64,000 nt of DNA from Hydrolagus colliei (GCA_035084275.1 CM068749.1:15934001-15998000), one strand, 5' to 3'. Positions 36,337-50,590 are shown, counted from the first letter of the stretch. Numbers and translations: made by a program. The notes: a model not told the origin generated them from the sequence alone.

Positions 36337-39104
36337 AGTTCCTTTGTAGACTAAACATCCCCTCAGAAGAGGAACAAGGAAAATACACAGTTAAATTGAC
36401 AACAAAATGCAGTTATAATGGAAAGGCTCCTTTCATGTAGGACTGTACATTTGATTACATTGTTAGTTCTCAATTTTTCTATGTTCAGTTTTTATTGGGC
36501 TTTTATTTCAAATTGTGCATATTTGGCCTTGCCAAATGTTAGGTTAGGTGTGTTTATTACCTAGTAAATTAAATTGCAAATCCTCAAAAATTAATAACAG
36601 ACTAGATTTTCATACAAAAGCTTTAAAGGGTAGCACTTTAAGACCTCATACGAAATTGCTTGTTTTAAAACAGTTTCATTATGCCACGAAATCCCAGAAA
36701 TTGATTTTTCCCATATTGGTTGACAGGCTGGATCTAGAGCAACAATTTAATTGTATATTCATGTTCAAGGAACAATGTAATTTTTAGACTGATTATATTA
36801 AGGTCAACCATTTGTATTTTTACAACATAAACCATTTGGCTCACCCATATACAAACAATGTTCAAAACAGTTAATCGGTTGTTTCATTAAACATTTCCTG
36901 GACCTAAAGGGACAATCTATGAGAGCTCTGCCAATCTCAAATCAGCTTTTCTATCCATATGGTTCAGCAGCTACATGAAGTAATAACAACATGTTTCTGT
37001 ATGAAACTCTATAGAGTAGATTTATCTTTGAATCAGGATTTGGCAAGGCTATCCACTTACCCATCTGTCTATTTCTTTTGTTTTTTATTCAACCCAAGGG
37101 CTTGCACTCCACCAGTGTCCTCGTGAGGAAGGACATCACCTAGTATAGCTAGGATATGCGTACCAGAATGTCACAGATTTAATTCTTGGTCTGTGATAGT
37201 TTTGCTGATCCCAGTATGGATAGAAGTTTGTAATGCTACAATTTGTTGTGGAGACGATTAGTGAGAACAAGACTACACTCAATGTGATAGCCTCCATGGA
37301 CAGATAGCCCGCAGACACACACAGAGTTTAGGATTGCATATGAATTGTCACTTAAATGAAGTAGCAGAGGCAGGAGCATTACTGCTGAAGACTTGGCCAC
37401 CAATGGAATGATGGTCAACTGAATGAAAAGAGTCTGCAGGAACTGGGGAGTAGGGCCTGGTGGCAGTGCTGCAGGGGGGAGAAGGATACCCTTTTTTTTT
37501 TCGAGAATAAGACTTGCTCCTGAAATTCTTTCTTTTTGGCCTGCTGCAAATGTTTGAAATGTTATGAATTGGGTTCTTGTAAAGAATCATTTCACCTATT
37601 GCATAAAGATATCAGGAAATTCCCTTAATAGCAACGGCAGTAATCTACTCCTTTAATCTTTCCCATTGCACCAGTTTAAAGGCAGGGTGACCCGAACAAT
37701 ACTGTTTCAAAGGTCTCTGAGCTAAGGAGCACCAGCTGCCTAACATTGGAAGCAAATGTGTGTTCAACTCATGCCAGAAATGGAAATCCTTGTGAATTGT
37801 CTCTACTTGCCACCATTATGAACTGTATAATTATCCTTTGTACAAGTCATTTGGGACCAGGGGTAAAGCTTGACAAGGAAGGGTGTGAAATTAACAAGAC
37901 AGTCTGTTCACTGAGAAACTGGTATTCATTGGGAACAAGGAGGTGTGCTCTGTCAGGAACCCTGTTTCTGACCCTCCCTTCTCTTGCACTGCAATGAAAT
38001 GTCAGCTAGCCAAGTTCTATGGGGGACTAATTAACTTAGATGAAATGTTTCTTTAAACTAAGGCTGTGGGGCACATAAGCGAAGGACCTACTGAACATTG
38101 AGAGCACAATTACCATCCTCTTTGAAACCACATGATAGCTGAGACTGAATACACATGTTCCTCAGGTAAACCTATTCAATCTCTGACTGTCAAAAGTAAT
38201 TTACACTCTTCAGACTGGTAGGCTGTTGTGAAAAATTTGAAGGCATGTTAATGAAACCTCAGAAGAAAACATTTTAGTGCGCAACAAAAATCGAGAGCAC
38301 ATCTGTTTTAATGGGATCAGTTGTTGCATAATTCGGACAGAATGCATTTAAAATCCTGTACTACAAAAAAGCAAAGCTACTCAACAGAGCACCATCTAAT
38401 CACTTGGCTCCCTTCCAGTTTGTTCATTTTACACAGTTCAGTGAAAAATGAACTCTGTTAAATACTATATCATAAACTGTCATCTGAAGAAAACCACCAC
38501 TGAACACAAGCCCGGCTGATCCACGGCATCTGTCTTCTGATGAGTAAACATGGAGCTTTGGTGTTGGTCTTTAAATCTCAGGCCAGGCAGACTGTAAAGC
38601 ATTGACAGAAGGGGCGAGCCTAAACCACATGTAAAAATCTCAACCAAACATCTCAGACCTCAAGGAATCTAGGACAGCCATGTGCTCATGTGACAACTCG
38701 GCATCCAGAAAAGGACATGGGTCTTTACAAGCAGCTGCAAGCCTTGCTGTTGACAGCTGCAGCTCCTGACTATGGCTGGTGAAGGCATTCAGTGAAAGAA
38801 ACAAATGAGGACGGCAGACAAGACATCAAATGCAACCCAAAAAGGAAATTTAATTCACCTGCACAGTAATGATTTTCCACATTTGTGGTGCGCAAAGTGT
38901 GGTTGATTTATTGTAATCAATACAGCTCGGAGCATCTTGAAAAGGGGAACCAAAATGTTCAATATGGATATTGCTACTCTACATGAAGTGCACATCTGTG
39001 CTGCAATTTATGAGGCTTTTAAAAAAAATTCTCCAAAGACCCTCGTGGAAAGAGCTTCTCCGATTCCCCCCCTTTTGTTTAAAAAGGAAAACTTTCTGGG
39101 ACTT

Positions 39105-39187
39105 AGATCAAGTGCTCTGAGACGCTGCCCCGCATAGAGGGCACTATATAAGCGCAAGTGGTGGTTGTAGTTGTTGCTGTTGTTGTC
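39105..39187 (+). mobile_element. L2-type 3' tail
   Basis: aagtgctctgagacgctgcc...cactatataagcgcaagtggtggttgtagttgttg; similar to the tails at 24590-24653 and 56683-56745. Confidence 0.75.
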
Positions 39188-39954
39188 ATAAGACACTCCC
39201 AATCCTCCAGGTCTAGCTTATATCCGAGAGCAAAGTTCTCCAATTCCAGGTTTTGTTTTTTTCCATAAAATGACAAGACTATCCAGTGAAGACCAGCTGA
39301 GAGTGGGAGGGCTGAATGAGTAAGACTGACTACCTGGATTAATGTAGATTTTACAATGACAAGGGTAAATCCGGTGAAATATCCGACAAAAATGTAAACA
39401 AAAGGCCAATTGTCTACTTATATTACTGGACTTACAAGGCCGACTTCTGGGAAGGTGCATGTAGAAAGCAGCTGTCAGCATGGCTTCCCAGTGTGTTTTT
39501 TTTTCCATGGGAAGCTCAAAGTTGTCAGGCAATCAGTATTTTCAAGCAAGCCACCCTAGTGAGAGCGCAGGAAACAAAACAGGAGATTCCTCTTCGAGTG
39601 TCACATTGTACAATTACTTCACAGTTTTTTACAGATCACTTGAACTCTGAAATCTCCAGGGAGATCAGCTTTTGAGCTCTGAGGTTGCAGTGGTGGGGAT
39701 GGGGGGTGTTTGCTAATTATTGGACAACTAGTTGCACTTTCTCTTCCAGTGAGACTGTGTGCACAGCATGTTTGTGTTTTGTTTTTGATTAAAAAAAAGG
39801 TTAATTGTAATTTTGTCTCATTAATGTATAGAATCATAGAAATTAACATTACAGCACAATAGGAGTCCATTGCAACCGATGCAGCTGCCAACTCCTACAC
39901 TGCTGCTAACTGATCTACATCTCTGATGAGGAGAATTTGAAAAGGGGACATCAA

Positions 39955-40080
39955 CTCGGTGGATTACAGCATTGTTTCACTTGTAGGACTTTGGGTTCAA
40001 CACCAGGCTAGATGCTCGCAGCCCTGTGTCACTAATTGGCAGCCTCTCTCTGAAAGGCCATGGTGATGGCTGGTATGGGA
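39955..40080 (+). mobile_element. Possible LF-SINE-like fragment
   Basis: tttcacttgtaggactttggttcaacaccaggctag and cactaattggcagcctctctctgaaaggccatgg resemble two blocks of the recalled LF-SINE consensus. Confidence 0.35.
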
Positions 40081-42736
40081 ATTAGAAATGATTCAGGAGG
40101 AATACTTTGATGCTGATTTTAAAGCTCCAATGCTGTAAGCTATCTGTGTGCTTCTACGTGACACGGTGAATAGCCAGGTTTCTTGCGTGTAGAAGCAATC
40201 TTTGTCGCTTTTATATTTTGCCTTCCTGGAGCCTTGGGCGCAGTGAAATGTCTGAAAGTAATGCTTTTCTGAAACATTGACATCTGTGATGTGGAGCCAA
40301 GAGACAAATACAGAGCAGAGGTTAAAATAAAAGGTTGGCGTCAATCAGAAAAATCATATTTTTGTGGAAAGGTACATTATGTGAAGGAGAGAGTGATTAC
40401 CTTCGATTAGACTCGGTGAATGGGGAACATTCCATTCAGTGATTCGTTGATCTGCACCAGCCACCCGGCCCTGATAAAGATTTGTTTTCTCTGTACAGGC
40501 TTGTGACTAGAACATGATTAAGGAGAAGCATTACTGGATAACTCCTCATGGACCTGCAGAATCAACATAAATTCAGTCAAGCAACAAATGAGCTTTGTAC
40601 ATGAGAGGGTGCACATTTGGTGCTACTTTAATTGGTACAGAACTGGGATCTGCACTGGTATGGCCCCAGTACAAAGTGCACATTCTGACATTGATTATGG
40701 GATAGAATAGATCAGCGAAGAGAAATTGTAGAATTAAATCTCAAAGTACAAATATCGATGGGGGGTAAAATGCGGTGTTTGATGTGCTAAATATTACATC
40801 ACATGTTGCATCTTCCCCTCCTTGATTTTGTTAAATGCTTCAGGGAAAATAATATCAAAGGAGAGGGAAATGGGATTAGACTGGAAACCTAATGGCTAAA
40901 CCTAATGGGCCAACTGACTTTCCGTGCTATAAAACATTCTCTGCCATTTCCTCTAAAGGGTTACTTTTTTTTTCTTCTCTCTGAATAAACATTACCATGC
41001 TTGTGAATTGCCTAACTGGCCTGCTTTATAAAAAACCTCCTCTTTCAAGTTTCACATGCACTTTCAGAAGATCTTGTATTTTCTACACTGTAGCTCATCA
41101 ATCTGTTATGCATTCGCAGAAAAAATAGGTTCTGCTAGCTGTTTGGATATGGTGTTGGTGTATCAATATGCCACAGATTGTTGGATATGGAAGCGACCTT
41201 TTGCAGCACAAATCAACTTAAGACATGTTCGCATGCCTTATAGCAACCAGTTACAGAACCTTATTGACAACAGGACATTTGTCACCCTCTTAGTCAAAGA
41301 ATGGTGGAACGACTGGAGGAAGAGACTAACAGAGAAGAAACAACGAATAGAGAGGCTTCTCCCTATTCTTACAAAACACATTTAAGAGGGAATCTTGAAA
41401 ACAGAGTAAGTGCATCATTCAATAAATGGCTCCTTCATGCTCTGTAAATATGAAGGTCACAGACTCGGGTGTGTGTTCAAGGTCTGCTCTCTGCAGGTAT
41501 TTCCATTAGACTAAGATACCTTTTCAAAAAATGACAAGTTTGCTGAGGCAATATTTAAAATTTCCACACATAGAACGACAAAGAAAAGCTGCATTCAATG
41601 GCTTAGTGCATAGTTACCTAATTAAAAACGAAAGTGGCTATAACCAAAAGGTTGAATCATTTGACTTGTTCAATTTGGCCATTATATTTGGTGAGGATTG
41701 AACTTTTGAGTTGCTTTGGGAACATTTAGTGGGATTTTCTTGTTCCCCCTGTTGTCCAGTGACTGGGTTTTAATTTCCCTCATCTATTGATGTGAAATTT
41801 TGCGACTAGATTTTGTCAGTGAGAAACCTGTGCAAGTGGTGAAGTAGCCCTAAATCAGCTGTTTTTACGGAAAGGAAGCTTAGGCTTTCCAAAACACATT
41901 AAATGGGCAAAATCTCCGCAGTGTTTGCACTGGGCTTTCCTCTGAAAAGGCGAATTCTCTGCAGTATTTGGAGCAGGCTGATTAAAGTTGCAATTTACAA
42001 ATAAAATGTGGAAGAACTTTACAGCTATTCCCAGGCCACACCTCCCAATTGTCCTGACGCAAATACTTCCTCTGTATCTTTCATTTCAGGAGCCATAAAA
42101 ATTCATTTCTGCTTAATTAACTGTTTTGAGAAGCCCGACGGCTAATTAGGAATTTCTGTAAATGTAACTTTTGATGAGCCCTAAATTGGTGCTGAGGTGA
42201 CCCCATGAATTCATTCTGTCTGTCGGGAAGAGAGAGTTTGCCCTTAAATATTGAAGAGTTATTTAAATTACATTGCAACTCTGTCAGGGTGAAAGGTGTT
42301 ATGCCCATTTCGTGCATAGTGACCAGGAGTCATTAAAACTGGAAAATGAATCTGGGTCTCTTTATTATAAGGAGCTAAAGCTTTGGGAATTAATATTGTA
42401 TTTGTTATCAGGAAGTGCTTGTTATAAGCACTTCCTGGCTGTACTGGGAATAATAACTGAGGAAGCTGTGAGATATTTCCCATTAAAGGGTGAGAAGGGG
42501 TTTGTTTTATAATCCTACAATAAGGCTATTTGCCATAAAACTGGCAAACAATCAATTTATTTTTGTGCTCAACTGGACTGTCTCTATCAATGCAGATGCA
42601 CTATCAATTTGTAATCTGGACCCACTTCTGTTGGAGTAGCTATTTCCAGTTACAGTTCTGCAACTCCATTATAATATGAATGCAAAATGAACTGATCTCA
42701 GACATTGGCGGTATACCTGTATCGTACAAGAATGAA

Positions 42737-42807
42737 GCTAGTTTAACACCTGAAACAGGCTTACTCTTCCTTTGCTCTAGTAAGCCTGATTCAGGTGTTA
42801 AACTAGC
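42737..42807. repeat. Near-perfect inverted repeat (29-bp arms, 13-nt spacer)
   Basis: GCTAGTTTAACACCTGAAACAGGCTTACT / AGTAAGCCTGATTCAGGTGTTAAACTAGC, 28/29 complementary. Confidence 0.95.
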
Positions 42808-44509
42808 AATTGAGCCAAAACTCAGAAGTGTTTGAGCTGTCTATATTTTTCAACCTTTTGACCCCATAACATTTTGAAACCACAGAAGTGATTTTGATCT
42901 TGCACACAGGGACACTCACACCATGCACTCCGGTGCATGCACTGGCATGGACCCCAACCAACTAGTTCATTAGTAGGGAAAGGAGCAGCGTTCCCATTGC
43001 TGTCATGTTAATGATCGAATGGAGACCACCAACCCTTCCTCATACAGACAATCCCAATTTGTTTTCGCATTGAGCAGTCAGTCAAAGAACAAACGATCCA
43101 TACTTGCCATTATATCATTTAAGGTAGGATCTTCCAATGCTGGAGAAAGTGGACATGTTCTCACCACTGAAGTGTGAGGGGAGGTGAATGTAATCTCACC
43201 GGTGGCAAGAAACTGGACACATGTTTGCAACTGAACTGCTGGGAAACTATTTTGTCTCACTACAACAACAACAACAACGTCAGGTGGACGTCCTAAGGCG
43301 CTGAATTCACTAAGCGTGAATTCACTAATTTTCTTTTCTGAAATAAACAAGCCAAAGCAAGACAATTGAATTAATCATCAATAAACACAAGTGAATCAGT
43401 TCAGCCTTTTTTTCTATTGAGTATGATTCTGTTGCACAGTCCAAAGTCAAGCATTCCAATTTCATACGCAAAGTGCGCTGTTTACAGCAAGTTGTGTTTT
43501 CACTTCATTAAAGTTGTGTCTTACAAATGCACTGTCCAGACGCCTGCCTAAAGTGTTTTGCCTCATGCAAGATTCAGCTGAAATTGAAGTCTGTTTGTGT
43601 GATTCTCGCAGTTTGCAGAAATGCAGGGGTTTGTGTGTGTTTTGTTCTCGAAATATTGATCTCTCACCAGCCTGTGCTAGGGCCAATGGTAAAGGCGGGC
43701 AGTGCAATATCCTAGAAATAGAGAGTTCGAAGTATCATTTTGTATTGATTTTTATGTCTTAATAACTGTTCTGCAGTACATGTCTCTATGTGCTGCCATT
43801 GATCACATCAAAAATTCAACGCTTACAGAAACACTATAGGGCTAATTGGCAGTGGAACATTTATGTGACATTTTTAATCTGCTAGTCAAGGGATGCTAAA
43901 TGTACCTGGAAGCTTCCATGGTGAGGCATGCCTGGACACAGAAGACATGACCAGGACAAATCGGGAGCTCTATTACTTTGCTATGGTTCATGTTTTGCTA
44001 ATCCAGACATCCAGCACAGCGGGGTGAAAAACTGCTGCATCTAGTGAAACAAGACCATGAATAATTAAAACTCTGTTATTAATGAACTTCCAGCCGTTAT
44101 GTAAATGAAACTGATTTCAAGTCTAATTTGTCAGCTTGAATTTCTTTCTGTTTCCCTTTGTCAGAGACAAACGCTTGTCATAATGGACTTCTAAATGAAA
44201 TACTGCCAGAGTTGCCATGTGCGTTGCTTGTCGGAGCCCAGGCTTACTGCGCAGATATGTGATACTGTTTCTGTGGGAGCAAGTCTTCAAGACATTCCAT
44301 CATACCGCTACATTTAGCCAACATTCTTTGTTAATACTGTGAGACTTTACTGTTCCTACACAAATTGCAATTTTATTTAACTGAAAGGATTTCTAAATTG
44401 AGGGATAATTCCGGTCCATGAATAATTAATTTATTTTAAACTTATGAACTTTGTCAAAGCAATATTTTTCTTGATTAATTCATCAAGGGATAGTTTCACT
44501 AGGTATCTG

Positions 44510-44570
44510 TGTGTATGGGACGCCTTCCAGATGTGAAAGGTGGCATACAAATATAATTTTGTTTGTGTTG
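44510..44570 (+). mobile_element. L2-type 3' tail
   Basis: gggacgccttccagatgtgaaaggtggcatacaaatataattttgtttgtgttg. Confidence 0.7.
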
Positions 44571-44844
44571 TATCAAACTCCATGGTAAGTTGTTTGTTGG
44601 TTTTAGAGAAATACTGAGAGTAGCTATGGGGTGTTGTGCGGAGTGTGTATAGTAGTGTGTTGTCAGGCGGTGTCGTATTTTTGGATTGATATTAGAAGTG
44701 GTGAGCTTATGTTTGTCTGTGATTTCCATTCTGATTCCAAAACCTTACTATTCAAGAAGCTGAATTCAAACTGTATGTTCAAACTGTTTGAAACTCTAGT
44801 ACAGAAGATCTGTTGGCTTTAGCCTTCTATGCAAGAACCATGAC

Positions 44845-44992
44845 TGTAGCAGAGTCTGTAAGTTCATTTAACAAGGAGTAATGAGTATGGAAAGCAAACG
44901 TAAATGGAATTAGACTCATGTGGCTCATGTGGAGAAAAAACACCAGATGTGATGGGTCAAATGGCCTCTGAATCTGCGATGCAACATTTTAT
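44845..44992 (+). mobile_element. CR1 LINE 3' end relic
   Basis: aatggaattagactc...gctcatgtggagaaaaaacaccagatgtgatgggtcaaatggcctc resembles CR1 3'UTR. Confidence 0.55.
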
Positions 44993-47900
44993 AGCTAATA
45001 TTCAAGCTGCCTCTTGAACATGTGTAGTTTTTCCCAACCTACAGATCAGCACTTTACTTTTCTGGGTGAGGGCGGCCGCTGAACACAGAAGTAGTTCAAG
45101 AGGGTAATGTCCAAACTGTATTGGTGGCCTGTGGAATTGAACCTGCAGCCGAGTCCCTCTGCAGCCAGAGAACCTGGGATTCAGTGCATTCACAGGCTGC
45201 ACCATTTATGTTTAATGTCCCGGTCATTAGCAGGAAGAAGATGAGTATGTTCCAGTCTTTGCAGACGACCGTGTTGCCTCATGAGTCCTGCATTGCTATC
45301 TCCATAGGAAGTGCTGGCATCAATGGCAATCATATACTCTAGCTAACTCACCATGGTTGTTCAAAGCATTCCTGTTATGGGAGGATTTATCTCTCCATTC
45401 GTAGTAATTGATCTGAAGTTTTGCAGCTCCAATTAAACCATGTGGTTTGAATGAAGCAACCCATAAAACATAAGACATGCCAGCATTTCACTTTAACCAA
45501 GCGAACAACCAGCGAGCATTCAGGGCTGTGCCTCGTGGAGAGATACACTGAGCAGAAACGTCATCTCCTTAGACTTTACATAAATTATAATAATAATCCT
45601 GGCATTTGAAATCATGCCATTCATCTCGGGTGGATATCTCAAAACGCTTTACGTTGTGTATGTTGCAAGTGCAGTGACTGTGTAGGTTGTAGCTACACAG
45701 TCACGTGTACGTGGCTAGTGAAGGGCAGAGCTGCATTTCAACATCAACAATAACAACTTAACGTTTCTGTCACTCTTTCACATCAGAAGGACATCTCAAA
45801 GAACCTTACAGTGACTGGGAGGAGTGACTTTTTTGACCAATTTTGCAGGAGTGACTTTGCTCTCCACGTTTACCTTGTGGGTGTTTGTGAGATATTGTTC
45901 TGGAATAAAATGGGTGCCTCGTTTGGATATAAAAAGCTCTCTACACACCAGTGAATGCTGCAAGGTGCTTTGAGCTATTTTAACACGATGAGACACGACA
46001 AAAATAACAAGCCCTTTAAAAATGCAACCTTTTCTGATTCCGTTCCCTAAATAACAAGTTATTGTCAACTGTTAACATCAAGTGTGTTCACTTGAACAAT
46101 GTGATGAACGTCTCTGGTTAATTCTGGCCTTTCAGCCATTTGGAATGGTGGTTTCTGCCGGTGAAAGCAGAGGAAACGTCCAACGGTAAATTTAGTTCAG
46201 CTGCCAGCGTCTCCAAATACCCCAGTTTTTGTTTTGCCTCTGGTTAGGCCTGGGGGAGTAGCACTTGACATGCAGATTGAGCCCAGCGTTCCAAATTACA
46301 TTGAGAAACAGCTCCAGTACAGTGCTATTCAAGTAAGTTGCATTAGCTTTCCTCACCTTTTTGAATCAGCTGTTAACATATTCTGATGTTTTTGTGATGG
46401 GTCATTAATGAAGCATATTGCAGGACAAAGAAGGCAAAGTCCCTTAGGGTGCATTTATATTAGTGGTTCGCCACCAGCAGTATACTCTAGAGTGTATTGC
46501 CGCTGTAGGCAGCACAGACGCTCAATGTAGATGTTTTTCATACAAACCTTCAGCGGGGGTTTTCCTTCAAGCACAAGGAAAAATGCCCTTTACCAATATG
46601 AACTAGACAGTATATCCACGAGGGCCAGCAGTTGTCTATGTACCTCGCCTGGGACAGAAAATACCGCTGATTTGTGCACGTTTTCCTCAGCGATCGAAGT
46701 ATCAAATCTGATATTAAAGCACATGCTGTGCCACACTACAACAAGCTTCACTGTATATCTAAGTCACACGTGAGATCTGATATGGGAATGCTTAAAATAC
46801 ATTAGGGCACATTTTATGTGAGACTAGGATGGGATGAAAGGAATGGCACTTTCAGAGAGCTGGTACTGCACATGATTCACGGGTGAAATGTACAATACTC
46901 GTTCCTTCACAACTGCGACTGTCCATGACTTTTAAAAGCCTGTACACAAGCATGAGGAACCCGGTTTAAATATGCAATCCAAATATAAACAGGCTGGGTT
47001 ATGCAGCAGCAGAAGAGGCATCTGGTATTCCTGAACCACTTCAGGAGGCTGTTTTCCAATAAAAATGCAGCATCGGATTAACAGGGATGAACAGCAACTG
47101 GGAAAATACTTGTGTGTCTTTGAATGTGAAATTAAGCATTATAAATTCATATTAAGTGAGACACCTGCTCACCACAAACTACTGTTCTCCTTTCAGGAGT
47201 GTTGTCTTATCAGGAATTGACAGAGAAGTATAAGCACTACTGTTATTCCTTTATTTGTTGTCGTGTCTCCAACTGTGTTAGAAGATTTTCTGCAACCCAA
47301 ACATTTTCATACTGTTGTAGCTATTAAAAGACTGATAGATTGTTGAAATAACTGAAGTATTTCAGCGCAATATGCAGGAAGCCTTTGTGTAATCCGGTCT
47401 GTAAACATCTGCAGTTAAAGTTTCCAGTCCATTCAAATCATTCATTTATTGGAAATAGTCCAATTTGTAGTTTAAAGATAGAAAGTCAAAGTCTGCTCGC
47501 CTTTCTCAACAGAAAAATCTCTTCAACAGCAGTTATAAATAGTGACCCAGGGGACTAACGAATAGCCTTCCAAATTAAATGGTCTGTGTGTAAATTATTA
47601 CATTATATTTTACATTAGAGAAGAAGGTCATTTAGCCCATCATACATTAGCCAGCTCTCCAAGACATTTTCATCCCACTCTCATCTGAAATGTACCAAGC
47701 ATCAATTTCAAGTTCCAGTATTCCCACCTCAGATTTAGCACATGCCTGAAATGTAGAGTGAAGCCTGTTGTAGTATTCCACAACCCTGTACTTTCAGCCT
47801 GTATTCAAAAGAGGAATCCTAATGCAGCACTGTCCCCTTTCTCTCTGTGTGTCACGTCACTGCTTGTCAATGGTAATTTGTGCTGAGCAACACGTCGATT

Positions 47901-49149
47901 TATTCAATGGACTTGTGTCCATTGGGGAACAAGGTTCAAACTGCCCAAACTCATTTGTGGCTGAGCCAATGCATTGTACTCTACCTCACCACCTCGCTCC
48001 CTTTTTAAGTAGTCTTGTCACTGAGTACAGTCAAAATGAAGCAAAAGTATAAAGCATGATGTTGTTATTTCCGAAAAGATTATTTATAACATGGGAATTT
48101 GCATTCAGAAAATTCTCTCAATGTTTCGAGAGAACAAAGATATAGTGTATTAAATGTAAATCCTTCCAGATTGTACATGGGCTAATACCAAGGTTTACCG
48201 CTTCCAGATACAGTTGATCTTTACTTGCCTAACTCTGCAAACCAGCCTGCATTATGTCATTTGGATTGTAAAGCTTGCTGTCAGCAAGCCCTGGTATCAG
48301 GTGACCTAGTAAAATCACTACTTTGACTCTAATGTATTGAACATAAAGCCTATGACTGATCTGAATAAAATTGACTAACACCCATCTGGGCGTCTGTTGA
48401 ACCTTTCCCTTGGTCTGACCTCTTGGTATATTAACTGGTTCTTCTGGAAAAAAATATTTTTTTCACATTCGACTGCAGATACAGAGACTGTTTCCTCAAG
48501 CTCTGTTTTTTCAGACTTCATTCGATTAAAATAGACTCAAGCATGTCTCTCCAGCCTGAAATGTAAGTAGAAGATGCTTTTTAACTGGTTGATGTGCTAA
48601 CAAAAAAACTGTAAATAAAGAAGGATGTCAGGAATGTTACAGAAGATTTGGCCACATGTAACATATCATGCAACAATCTGTTTCTAGCAAATCGTCCTCA
48701 GAGGGTCATTCATCCTGATGTGTAGCCCGAATTCCTGCATGGAATAAATTCAGCTTCCTGAATACTCCCAAACTATTTGGGACCAAACAATAAATGTAGA
48801 ATAATGAATTAATGATTATTAGTCATTATTATGACTGGAGGTGAGTTCCAAACACATGTGCAATCCCAAGATAAATTCCATTTTAGGATGTATGCCATTC
48901 AGCCTCCACACCAGTGAGGGACTGTATACATCTGTAATCCATCCCCTAACCACCTGTCCTTTTGGGTAATAAGTAAGTGGGACCGTTGTGTCCCCATTAT
49001 TGTTTGTGTGACGTTTCGATACAACCAGCACGTGCTGATGGTATGAAAACACAGGGACAAACCATTTTTTTGTGCAAACTCCACGATAAACTGATCTGAG
49101 CATTTTTGACAGAAATGTGATGGCTGATCACTCATTTTTGTTTAAGTCA

Positions 49150-49400
49150 CACAACCTGGTTTAGAAGTGAAGCTGAGAAGGTCCTGGGTTTGATCACTGT
49201 TCTGCGACAAATATTCTTTTCTGGATAGTCCAGATATGAGACTTGAGTGAGGACTGGATTGTACTTAACCTCAATGTTCCTCCACTCACACAGTTACAAT
49301 CCCTTGCTAACATCCATTGTCAGGGTTTACATGTGAAGAATGGTGACTTGTGCAAGCTACAAGAGGAACCGTAGCCTTCATGAGAAGCTTGGGGGAAGGA
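49150..49400 (+). mobile_element. Ancient tRNA-SINE (AmnSINE2-like) fragment
   Basis: aaggtcctgggtttgatcactg (B-box-like) ... gtgaggactggattg ... cattgtcagggtttacatgtgaagaatggtgacttg. Confidence 0.5.
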
Positions 49401-50269
49401 ATGAAAGGGCTTAGAAAAAGCAATGTTTATGAAAGATATTTTCCTAAAATGCAGAGCGATGAAGTACAAAGTAAGTTTGATCTCCCAAGTATTCTCCCAT
49501 TCTCTTCCACGGTTATTGCAAGTGAAATTGCTAAAACTGAAGTTTGTTTCGAAAAAGAACAAATTAATTGCTACTGATTGAAAAATGAACCAACCCTGTT
49601 AAACGGAATAAGTAAAGTCCCATCTTAATTCTAAGGCTGCTTTGGGTCTGACAATTTAACACAAAAATGCAAAGCATGAAATGACAGTTACTTTCTCTGT
49701 GGAAAAGTAATAGGTGGAATGACAGAATATTATGATATACAGTGATCTCTAAAACCCATGGCAATTCTAATCTGTTTTTCATTAGTGTAGTAATCATAAA
49801 CTCTCATATTCATGATATCTGTGATATATCATCAGGAAAAATGTTAATACAATAGTAATGGAATAAATTGTCTTTTACCTGGACAAAAAATTAAGTTTTC
49901 TGGAAAATGTCAGGATTAATTGAATTCTGCAATATCGTGATGGTCTATAGACTATCTAAGAATATAATTTCTGTCTAAATCTATTGTGCATCCCAAAAAA
50001 GTCTGGGTGTCTCTTAAAGGCATTATTTGAAAAGAGAAGGAAGTTTCCTGGCTGACACTGATGTAGGACACTGATGTGCACAATTTGGTGGCCACATTCA
50101 CCCTCAAATATACAGTCACTTCGCTTGGCAGGAACCCCTGGGATGCTCTTTGAGATGTTTTGATGTGATGAGTGGTATATCAATTGCAAGGCTTATATTA
50201 ATAAGGCATAGTTGGTAAAGGAATTATCTTGTGCAAAACTATCATATAGATTCTGAAAATACTAACCTC

Positions 50270-50590
50270 AATTTCTAGATCCTTAGGTAGTTTGCTGATC
50301 TCAACAGTGGAAGCTGGACATTGTCTCCAATTGTCCTGCATCCCCCTGGGTTGGGGACCTTGATTTGTATTTGTCCCTATATGCAACCCCTTGCTGGAAA
50401 CTTAAGTGTACGAACATGAGGTGAGAACATCAGGCTCAGCCATGTTATCTCTTGTGATCAAGCCTGGCACTTGCTGTCTAACCACAAATTTGTATTGTGC
50501 CAACTAAGTGGGGGTTGAGGGTGTCTATCACTTGTGGAGTAGAACACTTTGATGAGTAGGTCATTCAGGGAAGGAGAGAAAATTGGTAGA
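50270..50590 (+). mobile_element. Ancient tRNA-SINE (AmnSINE2-like) copy
   Basis: tttgctgatctcaac...cccctgggttgggga...cccttgctggaaa...gaggtgagaacatcaggctcagc...gctgtcta. Confidence 0.55.

Noticed and set aside
38537-39945. CTGATGA hammerhead-core motifs (also near 11348, 14998, 31070 and 61340)
   Set aside because: None has a valid stem II followed by GAAA together with stems I/III
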